Of a stretch of 64,000 bases of DNA, positions 48,802-60,584 are shown piece by piece. A program made the position numbers and the translations under genes. Within the stretch, counting starts at the first letter, position 1, and each line of letters starts with the position of its first letter. The notes under the pieces were generated by a model that was not told the origin of the DNA, did no database searches, and saw only the letters and a program-made list of their open reading frames with translations. The stretch lies in NCBI RefSeq assembly GCF_009914755.1, contig NC_060928.1. One strand, written 5' to 3'. Source of the DNA: the human T2T-CHM13v2.0 reference genome, Homo sapiens.

Positions 48802-49176
48802 TGTATTCGTTCTCACAGTGCTATAAAGAACTACCTGAGTCTGGGGAATTTATGAAGAAAAGAGGTTTAATTGACTCATAGCTCTGCAGGCTTAACAGGA
48901 AGCATGGCTGGGGAGGCCTCAGGAAACTTACAATCATGGTGGAAGGCTAAGGGGAAGCAAGCATGTCTTACCCTGACAGAATAGGAGAAGGGGTTGGGGA
49001 AGTGCCACACACTTTTAAACTATCAGATCTCATGAGAACTCACTCACTCTCACGAGAACAGCATGGAAGAAATCCACCCCCATGATCTAGTCACCTCCCA
49101 CCAGGTCCCTTTCCCAAAATTGGGAATTACAATTCAACATGAGATTTGGGTGGGGACACAGAGCCAAACCATATCA
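48802..49176 (-). mobile_element. MSTA-like solo LTR
   Basis: TG...CA ends; TSD TTTGG / CTTGG. Confidence 0.88.
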
Positions 49177-49181
49177 CTTGG

Positions 49182-49681
49182 TATGTTAGTGAGGGCTCTC
49201 AAGATAAACAGAACTAACAGGATATATCTATATATTTATCTAACGTAGGAGATTATAAGGTATTGGCTCACTCAATTATGAAGACTGAGAAATGTCACAA
49301 TCTGCTTGTCTGCAAGCTGGAGATCCAGAAAAGCTGGTGGTGTAGTTTAATGGACTGAGAGCCAGTGCCATAGATTCAAGTCCAAGCCCGAAGGCCTGAG
49401 AACCAGGAGCTCCAAGGATAGGAAAAGATTTACTTACTAGCTCATGCAGTCAGACAACGAACAAACTCAACCTTCTTCCACCTTTTAGTTCTATTTAAGC
49501 CTTCAACAGATTGGATGATGCCCCCTCACATTGTGGAGGGCATCTGCTTTACTCAGTCTACCAATTCAAATCCTAATCTCTTCTGGAAATAACCTCACAG
49601 AAATATCCAGAACTAATGTGTAATCAGATATCTGGCCATCCTGTGGCCCAGTCAAACTGACACATAAAATTAACCATCACA
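49182..49681 (-). mobile_element. MLT2 solo LTR
   Basis: Ends 'gtcaaactgacacataaaattaaccatcaca'; TSD CTTGG at 49177-49181 and 49682-49686. Confidence 0.88.
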
Positions 49682-51027
49682 CTTGGTATCCTCAACATTG
49701 TGCTAATGAAGACTGAGTTATTTAGACTTTGGAAAAGATACAGTGGACTATTGTGCTCATTTGAGGATGTCCATCAAGTCAGCCTTTAGTACTAAACAAA
49801 AAACAGATAGATATGAAGAATGGATTGTTTAGGCAGATTCTGGCACAGAACATGGCTGATGTTAGAACCTCCCCTCCCCCAGGGTCATGACCTTGGGAAG
49901 AAGAGATGGATAAGTAAACCCTTAGACCCATCTCAATATTACCTCCTCAGTAAGTTCTTTCCTATAATAATTGTACCTTACCCTTCCTTGTTCTTCCATC
50001 TTCTATATCACTTTATCTGGACAACTGTTAGGGTAAGCACACTGCTAATTATATTTTTGTTTAATCCACTTTGATAACATGTTAAGTGCCCAGAGTGTAC
50101 AGATCTCTTCATGATTATCTCTGCACTCTACTCAGAATCCAGTTCAGTGCTTTGTGGAGAATAATAACTCAGAACAATAAAGATGGAACTGAAGGAGGGG
50201 GTATAAGTGGGGAGATGTAGCCACGCTCAGCAAGACAGGGCCATGTGGTCACAGAACTACCCAGGAGACTTTGTGCCTGGCCAGCGCCTAGATGACATTT
50301 GCTGGACACTTGGCACTGATTGCTGCTAGCTGAGTGAGGAAGGGAAAAAAAAAAAAAAAAAAAAATCCCAAAACATATTCAGCTGTTCTAGATTTAAGGT
50401 TTGCCTGGCTGCTTCACGGTCACAATTGAACATGCTGGTTACTCTGGGTAAATTAAATTAGCTCTAAAGATATGCCCAATTGCACCCTAAGTTCCAGGTG
50501 TTGACAAGTCCTTGCCTCGAAACAGGATCATCGGTGACAATAAATTTCACATATTTGGCTTTTGTAAAATCTAAAAGGTTTGTTCATATGGTTATAAATG
50601 GCTAAAGAAAACAGGCAAAGCAGCAGGTGCTAAGATATGTGTTGTTCGGTGGCTTAGACAGGCAGATAAGACCCTTAAATGTTGTAGCCTTTGAACCTGG
50701 GATGGGGCAGAGTGATATCTGATGCCATGGTAAGCAGAGTAACAGGCTGGGGAAGCATTGTCGTTGCATCAACAGGTAGGGGTTTGAGTTCTACCTCTGC
50801 TGCTTAGTGCCTGTGTCACCTTGGACAAGGTTATGTAATTTCTCTGAGGTTCGGTGTTTTTCTTTGGAAAACGGATTTTAAAACACTTGGCTCAGTGCTC
50901 AATAAATAGTAACTTTTTTATTATTTTAATGTAGGACCTCATTTAATCCTTACAATAACTTCATGAGTGCTCTATCAATATCCCCATTTTATAGATGAGG
51001 AAACCAAGGCAATGGAGACTTGGAGAA

Positions 51028-51545
51028 TGTATTACTCAGGGTTCTGTAGAGGGACAGAACTAATAGGATAGACATATATATAAAGGGGAGTTTATTAAGG
51101 AGTATTGACTCACACAATTACAAGGTAAGGTTCCACAATAGGCCATCTGCAAGCTGAGGGGCAAGAAAGCCAGTCCAAGTCCCAAAACCTCAAAAGTAGG
51201 GAAGCCTACAGTGCAGACTTCAGTCTGTGGTCGAAGGTCCAAGAGTCCCAAAGCTGAAGAACTTGGAGTCCAATGTTCGAGGGCAGGAAGTATCCAGCAT
51301 GGGAGAAAGATGTAGGCCAGAATACTAAACCAGTCTAGTCTTTTGATGTTCTTCTGCCTGCTTTTATTCTGGCCTTGATGGCTGCTGATTAGATGGTGCC
51401 CACCCAGATTGAGGATGGGTCTGTCTTTCCCAGTCCACTGACTCAAATGTTAATCTCCTTTGGTAACACCCTCACAAACACACCCAGGAACAATACTTTG
51501 TATCCTTCAATCCAATCAAACTGACACTCAGTATTAACCATCACA
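51028..51545 (-). mobile_element. MLT2A1-like solo LTR inserted in a MIR
   Basis: 'tgtattactcagggttctgtagagggacagaactaatagg...cagtattaaccatcaca'; TSD GAGAA / GAGAG. Confidence 0.9.
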
Positions 51546-51598
51546 GAGAGCATAAGCAAATTGCCCATGGCATTAGAAGTAGAGATGAATTTTGAATG

Positions 51599-52187
51599 TG
51601 TTACCAGACCAACAGGTTTGTATGCCCACTGTGCAGTAACATACCAATACATCGAGACAGCAAGGTTTGCATCAGAGAAAGAGTTCAATTATCACAGGAT
51701 GGCTGAATGAGATGAGAGGGATACTTAAATTCAGCTCCTTGAGAAGTTCTGGGCTGGAGTTTTTAAGGGGATTGTGGAGAGTGAGGGGCTGGGAAATTGA
51801 GGTCATTGGCTACTTGTATTAAGGGGGATGAAATCATTAGAATGTAGGAACAGCATTCTTCAGTGAGTCAGCCTCTTCTTAGTAGTTTCACTGGTATGCA
51901 GGATCTGAAAGAACATCTCCAAATAGAAAATTTAAGCTTCACAATGCCTAAGTTGTTATCTATAGAGCCGTTAAGGGGAATTTTAATCTTGTGACAGGGT
52001 CTGCAAGATTCTGGGGCAACAGGTACCAACAACTATGAGGAAGCAGGTCAGAGAGCCAGCTCCCCTCATAGTTAATGCTGAATGTGCTGCAAGCTGGATT
52101 TATTTTTGTTTCTTCCCCTCCTTTCTTCTTGACTTAAATTCAGTTTTCTTCTCCTTTACTTTTATAAAGTTTATAGGTATGGTTACA
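51599..52187 (-). mobile_element. ERV1 MER4-group solo LTR inserted in the same MIR
   Basis: TG...CA ends; 4-bp TSD AATG / AATC; MER4/LTR8-group-like motifs. Confidence 0.7.
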
Positions 52188-54444
52188 AATCCGTGTCTCC
52201 AGGCCAGCGACTGATCCCACTAACCCACACTGGTAACTTATAGCTATTAGTAATTTATATTCCACAACCAGCATAAACATGCTGGATGGATTCACTTGAA
52301 GTTGTCAACTCTCCTTTTCTTCCAAGATGACTCAGAGACTTGCAAACTGAATACTTGTATAAGATGCATCTCTGTCCTCTTTGGCACCTTGGCATACTGG
52401 GTCACAATGTAATAATTACTTTCATGGTCATCCAGGAACAGACAAATCCCTTCTTTCCTCATGCCTTCATTGTCTTGCCTGAGAAGCAAGAGGGCTGGAG
52501 TTTGAGAGATGATCTCCCAGCTCTCATATGCGTGGGAACGTGAAAGGCAGGCATGGTCCATTGGAAAAGAAAAAAAAAAACCTGTTTGGATCAATAAAAA
52601 GGGACAGGCACAGGAAAACAGTCAGAGCTTGATAGATGAGGGAACATGTCGTTATGTAGGTGGGGAATAAGAGGAAGACAAGGGTGTATAGAGGAAATGG
52701 GAGAGATCTGTGGTTCTTGGGGACTTTATTTAGAAAATTCTTCACAATTCTCAGAAAGCTTAAATAGTTTTTGAAGAAATAGGAGTGAAATTCTTTGGCT
52801 AGAAAGTGGACAGGAGACCACTGGGTCTGTGTGCCTGTGTTTGTGAGAGTGTGAAAGTAGATGGATAAAATTTGCAAGCAGGAATGAGTCAGACAGCCAG
52901 CTTCTGGTACCCTTGCTATAACTATCCAGAAGCATGAGTCCATTCTGGTTTTAGGAGTCAGGAATATAAATGGAATTTGTATTGCAATCCAAGGGTGGGT
53001 GTGAGAACTGGTGAGAATATAATAGATTACTTGTGTTTATGAGGTCTGATATGAGTAGTTCAAGCTGTAAAAGCAAGATATGAGTGAGTCTCATTTTCTT
53101 TGGTTCTTCCAGTTGCCCCTAGAGAGAAAAAGTGGTGACTGGGTATACTCAATCCAATAAATAAATAAACACATACACATTTTGCAATGATTGCTTTCTG
53201 CCGATGTTAAATATACCTCCCAAGTTGGGAAAATGGCTTATATGTTCTACTGTCCCTCCTGCTTTCTGTCTCCCCAGCCCCTCTCTTCCTTCAAGGCTGA
53301 AGGCTTCCATAGTCAGTTGAGACTCTGCTTCACACATTATAATGAAGGCGCTTGCTCTCTAAATGACTCTCTAGTCCTGATTGTGCTAAATAGGGTTTCT
53401 GTGGTTTCAGATGAGGACCATTTTTTGTTTAAATGCTGATGGCCTCCCAGACATTGTAGAATCAGTGGGGTGCTGAGGAGTGAGGGAGAGGAAGCTTCTT
53501 TGCCAGTCTACAAAGAATTGGGGTAGGAAGCAGTGAAAAGAACCCCCTGAGTTTCTAAAACCTCTCAACTGGAGTGGAAGAGGAGGGGTGTCCTTTGTAA
53601 ATTATCCAAACACATTTCCATAAAAGTTGAGCATTTGTACTAAAATGGGATCTTGGCTTCATTTTCCCTGCAAATGGCCAGGGAGAAGGAAGCACTCTCT
53701 CATTGGGTGCAGAGAAGGAAAAATATGGCACCCTGCCTAGAATGGAGATTTTATGTTTTACAGAAATGACTTAGGGAGGACATCCTGCAAGAAGCTGTTG
53801 ATCAGTGAAATGTGTATTTGCTCAAAACACACTTTCCCAGCTGAGCCCCACCCCTTCGTTCCAAGTCTTCCTGGCTGGGTCCTGCACATTTGGCTCCCCC
53901 ATAACCTTGTTTAGGACTGTTTCTGTTGAGGATCACACTGTGCAGAGTTTCAAAGTCATTCTGCTAATGTGAGTGCTTCTCCTATTTTATGCATCAGAAG
54001 GCATTCAAAATCTGTCCACAGTTGAGAGCATCAGAAAAACAAAACAAAACAAAAAACAGGTGTTTATAAAAGCTAACTTACTATATGCCAGACCAATTCT
54101 AAGTGCTTTACAAATATTAACTCATTTAATACTCACAACAAACAGTTGTTGCACTTATTATTGCCCATTTAAAGAAGACTTAGGCATAAACATGTTAGTT
54201 TGCCCAAGGTCACAAAGCTCACGAGTGATGGAGCCCGTATTTCATTCCGAGCTGTCTCACAGCACAGCTCACACTTTAAAGCACAATACTGTAATAAAAA
54301 TAATACCTGCTTCATGGGGTTGTTCTGAAGATCAAATGAGATTATCAATAAAGAAAAGCTGTAATTATCCAATGTGGGAGAAGCAGAAATATTTGGGCTG
54401 TGTTTCTGTTAGATGCTTCTGATAGAAAAATCACAATTGCCAGG

Positions 54445-54650
54445 ATCCATCCTTCCTTCGTTCCTTCGTTCCTTCCTTCCTTCCTTCGTTCCTTCCTTCC
54501 TTCCTTCCTTCCTTCCCTTCCTTCCATTTCCATTTTCCATTGGCTGCCACAGGTGACTGGATACTTGATCTAACTGAGAAGAATTTTGAAATGTGGAAGG
54601 GAGGAAGGAAGGAACAAAGAAGGAAGGAAGTGAGGGAGGGAAGGAAATGG
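54445..54650. repeat. Opposed (TTCC)n and (GGAA)n tracts
   Basis: Pyrimidine tract about 54445-54540 and purine tract about 54590-54648. Confidence 0.9.
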
Positions 54651-55194
54651 CTCTTTTCTTTCCTGTTTCACTTCCCATTCCCTCACTTCTGTGTCCTGAA
54701 CTCACACTTCCAAATCACTTCCCGTCCATGAACCACTGTCACCATCTGCTTTCAGAAGGACCCAGCCTGAGATTCTCTCTCTCTTCCTCCTGCCCTTCCT
54801 TTCTTTCTTTTTTCCCTTAGCCTTTCCTTTTTTTTGAAGTGATATTAACTTTTTTCTTAGATTAGCGGATATTTTGATCTTATTTGAATCATCTGACTGG
54901 AAGACCTAGTTCAAATACAGCAGATTTGGGTAGGTAAAATGTCAGCACTTCTTACCACTCTATCCCAGTGTCCAACCCAGTTCTGGAACATGGCTAGTGT
55001 TCAGTAAATGTCTATCCAAAGATTTTGGAAAGTGTGGGTTAACCATTATTGCCCAATCTACCAAAAACACAAGTGTAAAATGTATTTTTACATTAGCAAA
55101 GTTGGAAAGTTATATTTTCTTTTTCCTTGTCTTTCCCAGAAAAATCATTAACTTAGGTCTGCTGTTTTCTGTATTTCACTTCACATGTGGAATT

Positions 55195-55802
55195 TCAATC
55201 GTTCAAGAAGACAGGAAGGGGTGGAGAAACACTAAATATATATGTACTTACACACACACATATATATATACACATGTATATGTGAGAGTGTGAAAGTAGA
55301 TGGGTAATAGCACTGAAAAAAGGAAAAGGCTCAGGAAGGAAGGAAGGGTAGGAGGAAAAGAGAGAGAATCTTAACCTGGGTCCTTCTGAAAGGAGACTGT
55401 GACAATGGTTCATGGATGGGAAGTTTATTTGGAAGTGTGAGTTCAGGACACAGAAGTGAGGGAAGGGGAAGTGAAACAGGAAAGAAAATACACACACACA
55501 CGCACACACATATGTATGTGTATATATGTATACATATATACATATGGGTGGGTCAGTCAGCTATTGCTGTGTAAAAAACCTTAAAAATATCAGTGGCATA
55601 TAGCATACAAATTTATTTTTCATTTATGAGTCTTAAGTGATATGTGTCACACTAATGTGTATGTATATATATATACACATATATGTGTGTATATATGTAT
55701 ACATACATATACTTATATACATACATATATGTACATATATACACACACACGTGTGTGTGTGTGTGTGTTTCTCCACCCTTTCCTGTCTCCTTGAACTATT
55801 GA
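55195..55802. repeat. Composite cassette: 38-bp inverted ends, three copied local segments, (TA)n/(CA)n filler
   Basis: Base-by-base matches to 52842-52868, 54654-54847 (inverted) and 57341-57451. Confidence 0.95.
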
Positions 55803-56399
55803 GATGATAGGAAAAAGCTTTAGGCATGCCAAAATGGAGATATATTTGTGCCTTTCAAGTGACAGTTTTGAGGATCACTGGCCCACTGATGCTTCTATCT
55901 CTTTAAATTCTTGATTCAGACCAACTACCTAGAATGAACCTTTTCCAGGAGAGACTGTTACCCAGTGGACGAGGAGATGGTAAGGCATAAGTAGGTGCAG
56001 CTGGCATGGTCTGACAAGCGTGTACCGTAAAATGAAATCATCGCACCAGAAGATTCGAGGTGATAAAGTAAAATATGGAAATTTGAACAAAAAAGCAAAG
56101 CAATTCATTGGAGAATTAAAGGCAAGACTAAAAGTCTGGAATAAAGGGGTAATCGTGCTTCATTTTATGGCAGTGGTTTGTGGTTTTATTGATTGGTTGA
56201 CTGATTTGTCATTTGTTGAATGCCTATGTGACAGATTCCCTAACAAGGGCATCTGTGTGTGTTATCTTGATGAACTGTAATTGAGAACTGTAGTCTTGAT
56301 TCCTTAAGTGTATAGACTTGTCTTGTTTACTTTTAATTTTTTTCACCTCCAACATAACCAAGTAGTGATTATAAGGCATCCCTGTAAACCTTTTAAGCT

Positions 56400-56810
56400 G
56401 CTTTTCTATGTTTAAGGACATTCCTATCTTATGAGTTTGCTTCTTTCCAAGGTGAAAGCCAGAAACTCACCTTCCAACTTTCCTTGCTCTGGGTCAGACA
56501 CAATGGTGTGAGATGTCCATGTGGAAACTAGTGTAATGGATATCCAGGTGCTAGGCAGTGACAGGCACGTGGTCCATTGCTGTGCAGAGGTAGCAGTGTT
56601 GGCAGAGGTTCTAGTGGTGCCCCCAGCATCAGAGGAACAATCCATGTTATCTCTGCCCAGAAGTGGCAGTGGTTGTGCCACTTCTGAAGCAGTCCTTTGT
56701 TGTAATTTGAAAGTTATTCCTGAATTTGTAGTCTTCAGTCTTACTTCAGTCTTTCCTTAAATTCCTAGAGCTTTTGTGATCAAACCAGTTGAAATAATCT
56801 CATAACTGAT
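56400..56810 (+). mobile_element. ERVL LTR33-like fragment
   Basis: 'gaaagccagaaactcaccttccaactttccttgc' motif. Confidence 0.5.
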
Positions 56811-56971
56811 TCAATGTCATACTCACGTTTCAAATTTCAAAATGATAGCCTGAGAACTATTTGAAATATCTTCCTTCCACATCAAACACCTGAGAATGAT
56901 AGAATTTTTTTAAAAAAATAATAAAATATTTATTTTAGAAACAATAAATAAATAAGAAAAAGTAGCTTTTA

Positions 56972-57322
<351 letters not shown>

Positions 57323-57515
57323 CTAAAAGAAGGGAAGGCTGTGGGTCAGTCAGCTATTGCTGTGTAACAAACCTTAAAAATATCAGTGGCATATAGCATG
57401 CAAATTTATTTTTCATTCATGAGTCTTAAGTGATATGTGTCACACTAATGTTGAGTTTTATCAGTGAATTAATGGTCATCTCAGTAGTGACACCTGCTGG
57501 TCAGGAAGTAAACTC

Positions 57516-58060
57516 CATTAGTGGCTTTCCATTACACTCTGGATTAAGACCCAAATCTGTAACATTGTCTACAGGGCTCTGTGTGCACTCCCTCATCTCT
57601 CACTACTTCCGGCCTGGCTTATTCCATGGCAATTACGCTGCCTTCATTTAGCCCCTCAAATCAACTGGAATATTTCTAGACTTGAAAACTTTGCACAAGC
57701 TGTTCCTTCTATTCAGAGCACTAACATCACTCTACTTCTCCAATTTGCTTGGCAAATTCCTTTCTCTTCAGAAATCAGTTTAACCTCATCTTACCTATAC
57801 CTTCCCTGTCTTTCCAAGCTAGAATAGTTTTCCTTATTATCTGCTCTTATGATGGCACCTGTTGCTTTCTGTTTGTGTCACTTAGTCACAATATAGTTTT
57901 CTATTATATGCCATACTTTGTTTAATGTCTGTTTCTCCAGTGTGGCTAGAAGATATTTGAGGGTTGGAATCATGATGTTTTTGTTCAGTGTTGTATTATG
58001 AATTATTGATCCAGTGTTGGGTTTTTGGTAGGTTTTCAAGAAATATGAATGAATGCCTGT
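57516..58060 (+). mobile_element. L2 3' region
   Basis: 'ctttgcacaagctgttccttct' and tail 'aaatatgaatgaatg'. Confidence 0.65.
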
Positions 58061-58431
58061 TTAAATAAACTGATACGTCAGGGTATGCACAACTAAATTA
58101 TGAATATATACCAGTGAATTTTGTGAATGTAACTTTTGTGGTTGACTGAGTAAAACATGCACCTCTGTGAAAGAAAGAACTGTAGGGAATTTGCTAGTGT
58201 TTGGTTTCACAAAAATACTGAAAGTTAGTTTGTCTATTATTCTAAGATTGGCTCTTAGGTAATCAACATGTGTCACATTAAGTTGAGCTTTACCAATGAA
58301 CTAATGGTCACTCAGTAGTAACACCTGCTCTTCAGGAAGGACACTCTTCCTTCTCCCCATTAGCTATAATATTTTTATTGTCCTCCTCTTCACAGCTTCT
58401 ATCAAAACTTGAAGTAGACAAGGACCTGATA

Positions 58432-58776
58432 TGCAATGGACTGAATGTTTGTGTTACCCCAAAATTCATTCGTTAAAATCCTAACCTCTAAAGTGATGGT
58501 ATTAGGAAGTGAAGACTTTGGGAGGAGAGTAGTTCCTGAAGGGAGAGCCCTCATAAATGGAATTAGTGCTCATAGAAAAGAGGCTCCTTCTACCATGTGA
58601 GGTTATAATGAGAAGACAGCTGGCTGTGAGGAAGAGAGCCCTCACCAGACACTGAATCTGCTGGAGCCTTGATCTTGGACTTCCCAGTCTCCAGAAGTAT
58701 GAGAAATAAATTCCTGTTGTTTATAAGCCACCTAGTCTATAGTATTCTGTTACAGCAATCCTAATGGACCAAGATG
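58432..58776 (+). mobile_element. MLT1A-like solo LTR
   Basis: 'tgcaatggactgaatgtttgtgttaccccaaaattc...ggaccaaga'. Confidence 0.85.
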
Positions 58777-59298
58777 TTTTTACAACTTGTACATATTGTT
58801 TTACAATCTTGTACATTGTACAACAATGTACAAGAAGTTTTTAGTTGCCTACCTAACCATCCTATGCTCTTTCTTGTTAATTAGAACCAATTTTGTTCAG
58901 ACCTATCAACTTCAAGTCCAAGGATTTTATAAGAGATGAGTCCAGCCCTAGTCCTAGGTATGAGTCTTGATTAGTTTCAACCAACTATGATGATTATGAA
59001 TAGATTTTCATTAAAGAAAATTGAGAACTCCAAAAAAGTAGAAAACATACTGATATTTCACTATGCAAATGCAACCACTTTCCATATTTTCTTGAAATTC
59101 CTTCCAGTCTTTTTTCTATGCACCAGTGAATTGTTTTAGCATATAGTATTCATAACCTCATATGCTATCATACCCTACCTATTTACATATAATACATTGT
59201 GCTCCTTTTTCTAAGTCTAATTCATTCTAATTTATTTTTATTGGCTGCATATTTCTTTAAGAAATTATTTCTCAACTAACATAAAGATGTTACTGTTT

Positions 59299-59730
59299 GT
59301 ATTAGTTTCCTAGAGCTGTGGTAACCAATTACCACAAACTGAGTGGCTTAAAACAACAGAAATTTATTCTCTCACATTTCTGGAGGCTAAAAGTCCAAAG
59401 TCAAGATGCTAGCTGGCCATACTGTCTGTGAAGGCTCTAGGGGAGAAGCTTATCCAGGCCTCTCTCATGGCTTCTGGTGTTGCAGGCAATCCCTTGCCAT
59501 GTAGATGCGTTGCTTCAATCTGTGTCTCCATCCTCATATGGCCTATCCTTGTGTGACTCTGTATGTCTTCTCTTTTTCTTATAAGAACACTAGTCATATT
59601 GGATTAGGGTGGATCTTAACTTGAACACATCTGCAAAGACCCAATTTCCAAATAAGGTACTATTCAAAGGTGCTGGGAATTAGGACTTCAACATACCTTT
59701 TTGGAGGATATAATTCAATTCGTTATACCA
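59299..59730 (-). mobile_element. MLT1B/C-like solo LTR
   Basis: 'tgtattagtttcctagagctgtggtaaccaattaccacaaactgagtggcttaaaacaacag'. Confidence 0.85.
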
Positions 59731-60170
59731 TTCGTCTGAAGTTGAAGAATTATTACAATTTTTTCTATTATATGTACCACAGCATTTAACATCTTCATTC
59801 AGTGTTTTCTACATCTAGAATTATTTACTTAGAATAGATTTCCCAGAGAGGAATTCCTGGGTAAAAGTATGAAAATGAGCATTTTAAAGTTCTTCTACAA
59901 ATTGCTAGGCTCCTTTCCAAAATTACCAATTGCTAATTGCCATTAGCAATACACAAGGGTGTCTCTTTCACCTCATTCTTGTGAGTATTTGGATTTTTTA
60001 GTTTAAAAAATACACACACATAAAATGATCAGGAAAAAATAGTATCTCGTAATGTGCATTGAGATCAAACACTTTCCCATATTTGATTTGCTAATTGCAT
60101 TTCCCTTTTTGGTGAATTTTCTGTTTCTTTCCTTTGTTGACTTACCTATAGGAGTCTTCATGCTTTTCTT

Positions 60171-60584
60171 TTCTTTTTTTTTGAAGCCTAGTTCATATAA
60201 TGACCTACTTTTTTGATTGTCCCAGCCTAAAGAACTTGCCTTTTCTGCACTTTTTTTTATGTTTAATTTTTTTAAATTGTACTTTAAGTTCTAGGGTACG
60301 TGTGCACAATGTGCAGGTTTGCTACATATGTTTACATGTGCCATGTTGGTGTGCTGCACCCATTAACTCGTCATTTACATTAGGTGTATCTCCTAATGCT
60401 TTCCCTCCCACCTCCCCTCACCCCATGACAGGCCCCGGTGTGTGATATTCCCCTTTCTGTGTCCAAGTGTTCTCATTGTTCAATTCCCACCTATGAGTGA
60501 GAACATGCAGTGCTTGGTTTTTTGTTTTTGCGATAGTTTGCTGAAGATGATGGTTTCCAGCTTCCATGGATGAAGCTGGAAACC
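60171..60584 (-). mobile_element. Short L1PA4/5-like insertion with 3' transduction and 5' inversion
   Basis: 17-bp TSD GTCTTCATG(C/G)TTTTCTT at 60154-60170 and 60585-60601; two T-tracts flank 68 bp of non-L1 sequence; inverted L1 piece at 60565-60584. Confidence 0.88.

Noticed and set aside
54540-55543. Paired similar ORFs (FSFLFHFPFPHFCVLNSHFQI) on opposite strands
   Set aside because: Just translations of the inverted duplicate C and its donor; no coding evidence.
55195-55802. Reading the cassette as a Pack-MITE or CRISPR-like array
   Set aside because: No TSD, no recognisable TIR family, no conserved direct repeat and no cas genes; all captured pieces are local.
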